Shown: positions 11,365-23,644 of the stretch, one piece after another
Layout of the letters: each line of letters begins with the position of its first letter
Position numbering within the stretch: the stretch's first letter is position 1
Assembly (NCBI RefSeq): GCF_006345805.1
Contig: NC_043003.1
Coordinates: forward strand, 7,502,001-7,566,000
DNA: 64,000 nucleotides
Direction: 5' to 3'
From: Octopus sinensis
Lineage: Eukaryota
Position numbers and translations under genes: made by a program
The notes under the pieces: generated by a model
The model's input: the letters and a program-made list of their open reading frames with translations, nothing else
Databases searched by the model: none
What the model was told of the DNA's origin: nothing

Positions 11365-14300
11365 GTTGCACACTGTGTGTGTGCGTTTGCGTGTGCTGTA
11401 AACCAGACTAAGAAAAGCATTTGACATACACACCAGAATGTGAGTTTTCTGTAAATTTTGCTTAATTGGGAGTTAAATTTTAAAAATGGACCTGACATGA
11501 CCCGATGCATTCTACTCTTAAAAATGCTAGGTTAATTGTAATTGAAGAAATCCTATATTGTAGATTTCTATAACTCCCAAAGGGAGGCAGATAAAATCTG
11601 CCTTTTATAATAAGACTAGCAGTATCGCCCGGCGTTGCTCGGGTTGTAAGGGAAATAACTATATAAGCATTTTTAGAGAGTTATAGCCAAAAAGTAGCAA
11701 AAAAATGCATTAAAAATTGAAAAAAAATTAAGGTAAATTTTTCTTTAAATCGTTGACACATCGTAGATATTTTTAGAGAGTTACTTCCCTTATATAAGCA
11801 AAGAAAAAAAATGCATTAAAATGGAAAAATATGATGTAATTTTTTTTTAAATCGTAGACTCATCGTAGACGCGCGCTAATACCAGAAGGGCTCGTTGTTA
11901 TTCTGGGTAACTTTCTGTAAAATTATTAAAATTTTGTTCAAACATCGCTATAGAAAATGGGTTATTAGCTAATATTCAATTGGGTATACAACAAAATTTT
12001 ACGATAGAATGTTATTCTGGGTAACTTTCTGTAAAATTATTAAAATTTTGTTCAAACATCGCTATAGAAAATGGGTTATTAGCTAATATTCAATTGGGTA
12101 TACAACAAAATTTTACGATAGAATTTGTTATTCTGGGTAATTTTCTGTAAAATTATTAAAATTTTGTTGAAACATCGCTATAGAAAAGGGTTATTAGCTA
12201 ATATTCAATGGGTATACAACAAAATTTTACAATAGAATTTGTTATTCTGGGTAACTTTCTGATACCCATAATTATTTATGGCAAAATAGGCCTTAATTTC
12301 ATTAAGATGTGGGGGAAATAACAAACTATCCTTTCTTTCGGTTTGTTTACGTTTAGCGTAATGATTTCAAATAGGCTCATTCGAAAAAGTAAATAGAAAT
12401 AGTCTAAGGCTTTACTCTTCTGGGAAAGTCTGTGGCTTGGTCCAGTTTCTTCAGAAAACTCACCAAAGAAAGAAACAGTTTTTAAATTTTCACTCCATTC
12501 AGGTACCAATTCGTTTTCTTATCGTTGTCGGATTCACTGTTTTCACTTTAATAGCTGCCAACTTGCAAAGACAAGGAGGAGAAGGGTGATAGCGTCAGTG
12601 AAACAATTCGCTCCCTTTGTGTGTGTGTGCGTTTGCGTGTGGTGTAAACCAGACTAAGAAAAGCATTTGACACACACACAGAATGTGAGTTTTCTGTAAA
12701 TTTTGCTTAATTGGAGTTTAAATTTTAAAAACTGGACCTGGCATGACGCGATGCATTGTACTCTTAAAATTGCTAGGTAAATTGTAATGAAGAAATTCTA
12801 TATTGTAGATTGTATAACTCCCAAGGGAGGCAGATAAAATCTGCCTTTTATAATAAGACTAGCAGTATGCCCGGCGTTGCTCGGGTTGTAAGGGAAATAA
12901 CTATATAAGCATTTTTAGAGAGTTATAGCAAAAGTAGCAAAAAAATGCATTAAAAATTGAAAAAAAATTAAGGTAAATTTCTTTAAATCGTTGACACATC
13001 GTAGTAGAGATTTTAGAGATTACTTCCCTTATATAAAAGCGAAAAAAAAGCATTAAAATGGAAAAATATGATGGAATTTTTTTATCGTAGACTTAGACTC
13101 ATCGTAGACGCGCGCTAATACCCAGAAGGGCTCGTTTGTATTCTGGGTAACTTTCTGTAAAATTATTAAAATTTTGTTCAAACATCGCTATAGAAAATGG
13201 GTTATTAGCTAATATTCAATTGGGTATACAACAAAATTTTACGATAGAATTTGTTATTCTGGGTAACTTTCTGTAAAATTATTAAAATTTTGTTCAAACA
13301 TCGCTATAGAAAATGGGTTATTAGCTAATATTCAATTGGGTATACAACAAAATTTTACGATAGAATTTGTTATTCTGGGTAATTTTCTGTAAAATTATTA
13401 AAATTTTGTTGTGAAACATCGCTATAGAAAATGGGTTATTAGCTAATATTCAATGGGTATAAAAAAAATTTTACAATAGAATTGTTATTCTGGGTAACTT
13501 TCTGATACCATAATAATATTTATGGCAAAATAGGCCTTAATTTCATTAAGATTGTGGGAAATAACAAACTATCCTTGCTTCGGTTTGTTTACGTTTAGCG
13601 TAATGATTTCAAAAGGCTCATTCAAAAGTAAATGAAAAAGTAAATAGAAATAGTCTAAGGCTTTACTTCTGGAAAGTCTGTGGCTTGGTCCAGTTTCTTC
13701 AGAAGAACAAATCACCGAAAGAAACAGTTTTTAAATTTTCACTCCATTCAGGTACCAATTCGTTTTCTTTATCGTTGTCGGATTCACTGTTTTCACTTTA
13801 ATAGCTGCCAACTGCAAAGACAAAGGAGGAGAAGGGTGATAGCGTCAGTGAAACAATTCGCTCCTTTGTGTGTGTGTGCGTTTGCGTGTGGTGTAAACCA
13901 GACTAAGAAAAGCATTTGACACACACACCAGAATGTGAGTTTTCTGTAAATTTTGCTTAATGGAGTTTAAATTTTAAAAACTGGACATGGCATGACGCGA
14001 TGCATGCATTGTACTCTTAAAATGATTAGGTGGAGTAATTGTAATGAAGAAATCCTATATTGTAGATTTGTATAACTCCCAAGGGAGGCAGATAAAATCT
14101 GCCTTTATATAAGAGATATATATATACTAGCAGTATCGCCCGGCGTTGCTCGGGTTGTAAGGGAAATAACTATAAGCATTTTTAGAGAGTTATAGCCAAA
14201 AAGTAGCAAAAAAATGCATTAAAAATTGAAAAAAAATTAAGGTAAATTTTTCTTTAAATCGTTGACACATCGTAGATATTTTTAGAGAGTTACTTCCCTT

Positions 14301-15137
14301 ATATAAAGGCGAAAAAAATGCATTAAAATTAAAAAATATGATGGTAATTTTTTTTTAAATCGTAGACTCTCGTCGTAGACGCGCGCTAATACCCAGAAGG
14401 GCTCGTTTGTTACTGGGTAACTTTCTGTAAAATTATTAAAATTTTGTTCAAACATCGCTATAGAAAATGGGTTATTAGCTAATATTCAATTGGGTATACA
14501 ACAAAATTTTACGATAGAATTTGTTATTCTGGGTAACTTTCTGATACCCATAATAATATTTATGGCAAAATAGGCCTTAATTTCATTAAGGTTGTGGAAA
14601 TAACAAACTATCCTTTCTTTCGGTTTGTTTACGTTAGCGTAATGATTTCAAATAGGCTCATTCGAAAAAGTAAATAGAAATAGTCTAAGCTTTACTCTTC
14701 TGGGAAAGTCTGTGGCTTGGTCCAGTTTCTTCAGAAAACTCACCGAAAGAAACAGTTTTTAAATTTTCACTCCATTCAGGTGCCAATTCGTTTTCTTATC
14801 GCTGTCGGATTCACTGTTTTCACTTTAATAGCTGCAAACTTGCAAAGACAAAGGAGGAGAAGGGTGATAGCGTGAGTGAAACAATTCGCTCCCTGTGTGT
14901 GTGTGCGTTTGCGTGTGGTGTAAACCAGACTAAGAAAAGCATTTGACACACACACCAGAATGTGAGTTTTCTGTAAATTTTGCTTAATTGGAGTTTAAAT
15001 TTTAAAAACTGGACCTGGCATGACGCGATGCATTGTACTCTTAAAACTGCTAAGTAAATTGTAATTGAAGAAATCCTATATTGTAGATTTCTATAACTCC
15101 CAAGGGAGGCAGATAAAATCTGCCTTTTATAATAAGA
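11365..15137 (-). mobile_element. Head-to-tail array of non-autonomous Helitrons: partial unit plus units 11616-12858, 12859-14114 and 14127-15137
   Basis: On the minus strand each unit starts TCTTATTATAAAAGGCAG and ends with the hairpin CCCGAGCAACGCCGGG followed by CGATACTGCTAG. Internal subrepeat of about 110-115 bp at 1-3 copies. Confidence 0.85.
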
Positions 15138-15334
15138 GATATATATATAGGGACAGTTTACGAAAAAAAAACCCAAACAAACAAAAGACGAAGACAGGTG
15201 GTGTACAAAACAAACATATGTATTAGTATAGCGCTCAGGAATAGAAAAAGTCTTTAACGTTTCGAGCCTACGCTCTTCTACAGAAAGGGACACAGAAAAC
15301 AAGGAGAGAAAAAAATGTGTGTAGTGGCTAACGA

Positions 15335-15391
<57 letters not shown>

Positions 15392-15405
15392 AAAAGTCAG
15401 TATAT

Positions 15406-15445
15406 AATATGCACCCGTTTGCTTGAAAGCAAACGGGTGCATATT
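15406..15445. other. Perfect 18-bp inverted repeat with 4-nt loop
   Basis: AATATGCACCCGTTTGCT-TGAA-AGCAAACGGGTGCATATT. Confidence 0.9.
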
Positions 15446-16113
15446 GTACCCTGGCTTTTTATGGTTAATTTATAGTTTAACCTACATATATATGTATATA
15501 TGCATGCATATATGGGTACTGGACATCAAAAGAAAAAAACGTGAACACAATGAGAAATGAAAGCAAAAACAGAAAACGAACATTTTTTCGAACGAAAAAA
15601 ACAAACAGAGAAACGAGACATACAACATAAAGAATATTCCCCTTCATCAGTTGTCCCTGTTTCATCTACTCCGCGGTACGAAGGCAAGGACAATACGCGA
15701 CTTCATTGAAACAGTCCTTCCCGCAAAGCAAATTAAATAAAATTTAGGATTTTTTTCCCGCCACAGTCCTGTTCTTGTTACCACTTTCACCCTCCGCAAA
15801 AAATCCCAAATTTTATTTAATTTGCTTTGCGTTACTCTCCCATTTCTTCTCGTCCGTCCCTAATTCTTCTGTCCCTCTGCCTTTACCTCTCTTCTCTCTC
15901 CCCACGTCACTGGTGTTCGGCCAAGCCTGACCTTTCTTTCTTGGTTCAACTATCATCCGTGCAACATGTATAAGTCTCCTCTCAGAGTTTCTCTCTTCTA
16001 TAGAGATGTTGTGACAACAAGCGAGAGACCTCTCACTCGCTGTGGGCCAACTGCGCGCCTGGACACTAACCTAGGTATTTCAATGTCCCCACACGCACGC
16101 ACGCACGCGCACA

Positions 16114-16152
<39 letters not shown>

Positions 16153-16571
16153 CATACATAGTAGTTTATAAATCGTATGGTATATAGGCGCAGGAGTGGC
16201 TGTGTGGTAAGTAGCTTGCTTATGAACCACATGGTTTCGCGTTCATTCCCACTGCGTGGCACCTTGGGCAAGTGTTTTCTACTATAGCCTTGGGCCAACC
16301 AAAGCCTTCTGAGTGGATTCGGTAGACAAAAGTTGAAAGAAGCCCATCGTGCATATATATATATGTGTGTGTGTTTACGTCCCCGTAACTTAGCCACAAA
16401 AAAATAAGTCCTGGGGTCGATTTGCTGGACTAAAGGCGATGCTCCAGCATGGCCACAGTCTGAAACAAGTAAAAGAGTATACCTGGTAGTTTGCCGGTAA
16501 AACCCGTTCCGTCTCATTAATGACACACAAACACATATGCGCGCGCACACATACGCATGTGTGTGTGCGAT

Positions 16572-16606
<35 letters not shown>

Positions 16607-16680
16607 TGATGCAAATAAGCAAATAAAACTACTGTTAGAGAGAAAGCAAAAATAGAAAATTTTCAGACGCTAAATATTCA

Positions 16681-17045
<365 letters not shown>

Positions 17046-17058
17046 TATAGGTCTATAT

Positions 17059-17283
17059 CAGGGGTGGGCAAACTAGGGCCTGCTGGCCGCATGCGGCACG
17101 CCATAGGTTTTCATGCGGCCCGCCGAGAGCTTTTATGAATCCCAACTTCTATGCAGATACTTCGTAACTGTTTCTGTTGTACGGTAATTCACAATATTTT
17201 CACTTGATTTTTATAAATGAGGCCCGCCAAGGTTCCAAAGACGCACTGTGCGGCCCGCGATCAAAAAAGTTCGCCCACCCCTG
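17059..17283. mobile_element. hAT (Charlie/Buster-type) MITE, 225 bp
   Basis: TIRs CAGGGGTGGGCAAACT and AGTTCGCCCACCCCTG. Exact 8-bp TSD GTCTATAT at 17051-17058 and 17284-17291. Confidence 0.92.
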
Positions 17284-17990
17284 GTCTATATATATATTAT
17301 ATATATATAGATATTCATATATTAACAAAACAAACTTACTCAGAGTACAAGGACACAGGAAAAAAAAGTACAGGGAGAAGATATGGTGTTACAAGTGTGA
17401 CAGTGGTTTCTGGGGTCTCGGCGTTACTTAATAAATTTCGGCAGATGTAGTTTACCAGGATATGCAAGCAGTAATGGAAGCAAAGAAACATTGGACAGAT
17501 CCGGGATCCGTCTTCAGAGTAGAGAGACAAAAATATGTTAGATTCCCAATCCGGATCTATCCAATACTTACTGGATAGATCCGGAAACAATGGTAGATGC
17601 CTTTTCCGTGAGAAAAAAATATATTTTCTTTTGAAAACCTATGAGCTTTTTCACCCCACTTTTTCCTACTCAGTAGGGTTTTGGCCATTTTCTTTTTGCA
17701 CTACATACTTAAAAATAGGAAAAACCTTGAAGGTTAAAAAAATGGAAATCAGCGTTTACCACCACAATCGCCACTTCCTTTATTTTCAAATAAAAAATGA
17801 GTCGAAATTTAAAAACGATAGGGAAATTTTTAAAATCTTTCCCATAAATCCTAAAACTTCAACTGTTTTTTTTCGAATTCTTTTTTTTTTTTTTAAATCA
17901 TAAGTTCAAAATACGGATAATCCGAATCCGCAATTTGTTTGTTTTATAATTTCAAAATATTTTTCAGATGTAGGCGTAGGAGTGGCTGTG

Positions 17991-17994
<4 letters not shown>

Positions 17995-18083
<89 letters not shown>

Positions 18084-19008
18084 AATTATTGTATACAGTG
18101 CTCAGGTGCACCACAACTTGTCAGAAAGTGCATATAAAGTACATGCAGTAATGTAGAAATGTCTGGAAAGTGAACATGCTTGTGTGTGTATGGAGGGGAG
18201 AAAATCAAGTGTAGTGTTGGCGAATCTCAGGAAGCATGGAAGTCTTGAAGGATGCAGTGCTCCGACAACTAACAACCGATGCCGGCAGTTTGTTCCACGC
18301 TTCAGCAACTCTCAGCGTGAAAAAAACGTTTCCTGAAGTCATGGGAGCTGTGCTGTTTTCTTACTTTGTAACTATGTCCACGGGTGTTAGATGGGTGGAG
18401 TTTGAAGAGGTGCTCAGTGTTATTGTTTGTGCGATGGTTGAAAATTTTATGGGTGTCTGCCAGGTCAGCTGCCAGGTCAGCTGCCAGACGTCGGAGTTTC
18501 AATGTGTCCATGCCCAGGGAAGTAAGGCGTTCAGGATATGGCAAATGCCTGATGGAGGGTATTCTTTTGGTTGCACGTCGCTGAACAGCTTCCAGACGAT
18601 TGATGTCCTGGGCAAGATAGGGGTTCCAGACCGGTGATGCAAATTCCAGGTGAGGTCTTACCATAGCTATATAAAGCCGCAGATAGATAGCCGGAGAGCG
18701 GCTCACAAAGGATTTGGTGAGTGATGCCAAGACACCCTCAGCCTTCTTGACAATTTTGGCGATGTGTTTTGTCCAACGCAAATCACTGTCGACAATAACA
18801 CCCAGGTCACGTTCACTTGAAGACTTTTTGAGACTAGTGTTGTGGAGGGAGTAGTTGGACGCTGGGTTTCTCCTCCCAAAATGCATGGTGGTACATTTGT
18901 CCACAGCCAGCTTGAGTTGCCAGTCCATGATCCACTGCTGCATTGTGTCCAGGTCTGCTTGCAATAGAGATTCATAGTGTATAGGATTTGACCTCTTTAT
19001 TTCGAGGT
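17995..19008 (-). mobile_element. 5'-truncated CR1/L2-group LINE with (TTA)n tail, inserted inside a SINE
   Basis: Translation includes ERDLGVIVDSDL, MVRPHLEFASPVWNPYLAQDINRLEAVQRRATK and NTRGHSYK. SINE head at 17973-17996 resumes at 19011. Confidence 0.9.
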
Positions 19009-19711
19009 ACAGCTTGCTTACCAACCACATGGTTCTGGGTTCAGTCCCACTGCATGGCACCTTGGGTAAGTGTCTTCTACTAAAGCCTCGGGCCGACCAA
19101 AACCTTGTGAGTGGATTTGGTAGACGGGAACTGAAAGAAGCCCGTCGCATATATGTATATATATGTGTATGTGTGTTTGTGTCTGTGTTTGTGTGGTGTG
19201 TTTACGTCCCCGTAACTTAGTGGTTCGGCAAAAGAGACCGATAGAATAAGTACTGGGCTTACAAAGAATAAGTCCTGGGGGTCGATTTGCCCGACTAAAA
19301 AGGCGGTGCTCCAGCATGGCCGCAGTCAAATGACTGAAACAAGTAAAAGGGTAAAAGAGAGATGTAAAAGTGTGCGATTTCAGGGAGATTTAGCTGGTGT
19401 TTCTAACACATCACATGACCACCTGCTACCTTCCTCGTTTCTTTGTCATTCTGAGATGTATTGAGGTTGGGTTTTTTTTCCAATATTTTTCTCCTCATCG
19501 ACACAGTTTATGGAAAAATGGTACAACAACAAAAACATTTTGTAGTTTCAATCTTTAACCTTCCATCCCGCATCAGACGAGCCTCTGTGTGTATGTGTAT
19601 GTATGTGTGTGTATAAGAAAAACATATTGACTAACAGAAAAACATGGAATTAAAATTGGTTCTGTGGTAAAAAGCTTGCTTCCCAACCACATAATTCCGG
19701 GTTCAGTCCCG

Positions 19712-20197
19712 TCACGGACAAGTGTCTTCTACTATAGCCTCGGGCCGACCAATGCCTTGTAAGTGGATTTGGTAGATGGAAAACTGAAAGAAGCCTGTCG
19801 TATACACACACACACACACACACACATACATATATATTCGTTAGTTACTGCACGCATTTTTTTTCTCTCCTTCTTTCTGTGTTTTTTTTTCTCTCTGTGT
19901 ATCTTTCTGTTGAAGAGTGTAGGCTCGAAACGTTAAAGACTTGTTTTATTTATATCACGGACAAGTGTCTTCTACTATAGCCTCGGGCCGACCAATGCCT
20001 TGTAAGTGGATTTGGTAGATGGAAAACTGAAAGAAGCCTGTCGTATACACACACACACACACACACACATACATATATATTCGTTAGTTACTGCACGCAT
20101 TTTTTTTCTCTCCTTCTTTCTGTGTTTTTTTTTCTCTCTGTGTATCTTTCTGTTGAAGAGTGTAGGCTCGAAACGTTAAAGACTTGTTTTATTTATA
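19712..20197 (+). repeat. Near-identical tandem duplication with a period of about 243 bp (SINE piece plus hammerhead repeat)
   Basis: TCACGGACAAGTGTC... starts at 19712 and again at 19955. Confidence 0.9.
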
Positions 20198-20279
20198 TTT
20201 CCTGAGCGCCATACTAATACAATTGTTTGTTTGTTTTCCACCTGCCTTCGTCTTTTGTCTATTTTCATAAAGCTTCCCG

Positions 20280-20369
<90 letters not shown>

Positions 20370-20404
20370 CGTAATATACTCATGTGAGGTGAGTACTCAG
20401 TTTA

Positions 20405-20735
20405 ACACACTCACCTATATTGTTGCTCAACCTCCTGGAAATCCAGATACACAACCACCGGTCCTCGCTGAGACACAGACAAGGCTAACAGCACCTCCCT
20501 CTCTAAAAGAATTTGGGAATTAAAAGACAAATGCGTAGGCTTCAAACTTAGATGGTCCATCATCGGATCAGCTGCACCTTATTTAAATAATAGAGCAGGA
20601 TGCCAACTATGTTGTGTAGAACTCCTGAACATCTTGAAATTCAAAGACAAACACAATCTTATTAACAAAAGGTCAGAGTTCAAACCATCCTGTATACATA
20701 AACTTATTAATACTTTCAAATACTACAAAGCTTAG
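20405..20735 (+). mobile_element. Penelope-like element, GIY-YIG endonuclease C-terminal remnant (frameshifted)
   Basis: Manual translation HNHRSSLRH.../TSLSKRIWELKDKCVGFKLRWSIIGSAAPYLNNRAGCQLCCVELLNILKFKDKHNLINKRSEFKPSCIH fits the PLE pattern LSK.IW.LK...W.I...A..Y...C.LC..E...I....LLNKR.E...C.H. Confidence 0.8.
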
Positions 20736-22639
20736 GTCTTATACCAACTCCCCCATGCAATTTCCTCCCACCCGGTGCAACCTGTCGGCTCCAGCACATC
20801 CCGCTTTCCTATATGTGCGTGTATATGTGTATGTGTGTGTGTGTGTATGTGTGTGCACATACGTGTACGTATGTGTACATATATATATATATATATACAT
20901 GTGCGTGTGTGTGGGTGTGTGTATATGCATATACGGTTCCCTGCATTTTCCTCCTATATATACAAATTTTGTCTCCCATATATGACTTCTTTTCCCTAAA
21001 TATTTCTTCTCCTACACCCATATCTCCCTTATAGTCTCTTTAATTCCTATATCTATACCCTTTCACATTTCTAACTCGGATGTTGAACGCACACCGCCAA
21101 ACTCCCAACTTCCACTCCCCCCTTCCAATTTCCAGTCCCCCCCGCCCGCCCCTACGTTTACACACACCTCTAAATTTCACCACCTTCATCTCATGTTAAA
21201 CTTTACCAAATTATATTTTTATCTTATTTTTTTTTATTTTTATTTTTACTTTTATTTTTACTTTTATCCTACTTCCATTTATTTTTATTTTTAATTTTAT
21301 TTTTACTTTTATTCTACTTCCATTTATTCTCATTTTTATTTTCATCCCTTACCTTAACTCTTATAATTTTTATAATTCTTATATTTCATTTCTAACTATT
21401 ACATTGTATTTCTTATTTTATACTGTATTTTTTATTTCTAATCTTTACCCTTACCCTCACTCTTACCCCTAACTTATCGTTTTACACCTCTATATATGTT
21501 TATTTACTTACCTATGGATCCACTTTTTGAATATACGAGCGTCCGCGTACGTGTGTATACGCATACATACATATGCACGCGCATATATGTACATGCATAC
21601 TTCGATATCTTATAGCTATACCCATGTGCGCGTGTGTCTCTGTGTGTGTATATGAGTGTATATGTGCACGCACATACGGACACACAGCCGTGTGTGCGTG
21701 CACGTATAGACATGAGTACGGGATTCTTTACATACGTTCTTATACACATCCTTTAATATCTTATACCTGGACCTAGAGGCGTGGGCATATACGTGTGTGT
21801 ATGTAGGGAGAGGCGCGCGTATGTACATGTGAGTGTGTACGCGTATAGTGTCCGTGTATACATGCGGATATTCTGTTGTATGTATGTGTGTGTACGAGCG
21901 TGCGTGTGGGTGCGTGTGTGTTTATGTACATGTTTACACGCGAGTGCGTGTGTATGCTTATAGGCTTGGAGGCGTATATGTACGCGTGTATGTGGGTGTA
22001 TGTATCCATGATGATATGTATGTACTAGAAGTCCATTTAATTCAAGGAACCAGATTAAATGCTCATCAGCTCTGATTTACAACACATTAGGTCCCCAGAC
22101 GAAACTGTTGATTTACTGACAATTCTACAACTAAATTTTATCAATCTCCTGACCACCATGCTTGGTCCGTAACCTCCATACATCCCTTATCTTTACATTC
22201 TTTTACACTTTTATCATGTTTGTATCAGGTTTTTTTACTTTTATTTCTATTTCTATTTTTACTTTTATACCTTATGCCTTTACATTATTTATATTTTTTC
22301 TTTATATTTCTTTATACCCCCTTTTCATCTCCTTATAACTCTTTATATATCTTTATCCTCTACATTTTATATTATTTTTATATTATTCTATACTTACACT
22401 TTTTATACATTTTTATATCCCTCGTCCCGAAATCTCGCCCCTCCATCTTCACCTCTCTATATGTATTTATTTATTTACATTACCTCAACATCCAATTTTC
22501 CTCATTCTACATTGAGAGAAGAAAGAGATGGACGCTTCAATTCTATGCTGCTGCCGCATTATGTCGTACGCGAATGAGAGGATTTGCATCCCCAACCAAG
22601 ATTTTGATGTAACACATGTCCTTGTGGAAGCTGTTGTGC

Positions 22640-22717
22640 GCGGCTGAAGAAGGCCACAGACATACATTATGCATTGTTATAAATCTGTCTAATAAAGGCC
22701 CGAAACATATGTACCGC
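22640..22717 (+). ncRNA. Type-I hammerhead ribozyme motif with canonical core
   Basis: Stem I GCGG/CCGC; core CTGAAGA; stem II closed by GGCC/GGCC and ACAGA/TCTGT; GAAA; stem III A-U and C-G with ATAT loop; cleavage triplet GTA (22711-22713). Confidence 0.72.
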
Positions 22718-22828
22718 TGAATCCTTCGCATCATGTTTTTACTTTTATTTTGATCAATTTACTCCACCACCTACACCACCAAACGGTATACACAGGTGCT
22801 TATAATTATCAAGTACTCACCCCGAATT

Positions 22829-22865
<37 letters not shown>

Positions 22866-22916
22866 GCGATTTTTTTTTCCTCTGCCTTCCCTTCTCGGGA
22901 TCTTTCCTTCTCCTAT

Positions 22917-22951
22917 GTTTCCGACGAAGAGCTCCGCTCGAAACGTCAAAC
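22917..22951 (+). ncRNA. Minimal type-I hammerhead motif (U4C core variant, GUC site)
   Basis: GTTT-CCGACGA-A-GAGC/TCC/GCTC-GAAAC-GTC-AAAC. Confidence 0.6.
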
Positions 22952-23037
22952 CCTCCTTCTTCCCTGAGCGTCCAATGATACGTTATTTGTTCCACGTCCT
23001 TGCGTTGTTGTGTTTTTTTGTTTTCTTGTTTGGATTA

Positions 23038-23095
<58 letters not shown>

Positions 23096-23585
23096 CATAC
23101 ACGTGAGTCGTCTAAGAGACCATAAATCAGGGAAAAGATGCATTCGTATATCTGTCCGTAGAATGCATATTTAATACTATACTTTTCGAACAATGTGCGT
23201 GCGTGCGTGTGTGTGCGTGTGATAATTGGAATAAGTGAATGTGAGTTATCCCCCTTCCTCGAGTGGAAATTCTTACGCTCCACCTCCACGAATATTAACA
23301 GTATACAACACTTCAAGGCAAGATTGACAAAACCTCCACCGGTTTAATCAAAAGGCCAGCTTGGCCTCTATCCTGATCGAAGTTTAAGCCTCTTGAAATA
23401 TCGAATTCAAAATGGCTATCAGTATGAACTTTAATTCCAAATGATCTTGAATAAATTTTTACACTGACCAGTCATAAGTTATACGTACCTTTCTTCTTAC
23501 CAGAAGCAAGCGCGTATAGTATAGTATAGTATAGTATAGTACAATACAGTATTGTATGTATGTATGTGTATGTATGTATGTATGT

Positions 23586-23628
<43 letters not shown>

Positions 23629-23644
23629 TGTGTATGTATGTATG

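Noticed and set aside
11896-13500. Regular repeats of about 110 bp, and the 62640-63015 repeats, as possible CRISPR arrays
   Set aside because: No unique spacers, no cas genes, and a eukaryotic context; these are ordinary tandem repeats.
11616-15137. Single-base differences between Helitron units as evidence of age
   Set aside because: Most are homopolymer indels typical of unpolished long-read consensus, so divergence cannot be trusted.
17490-17925. CGGATCCG-rich segment with a 13-bp hairpin at 17550-17583
   Set aside because: Resembles subterminal repeats of a decayed hAT element, but no termini or TSD could be defined.
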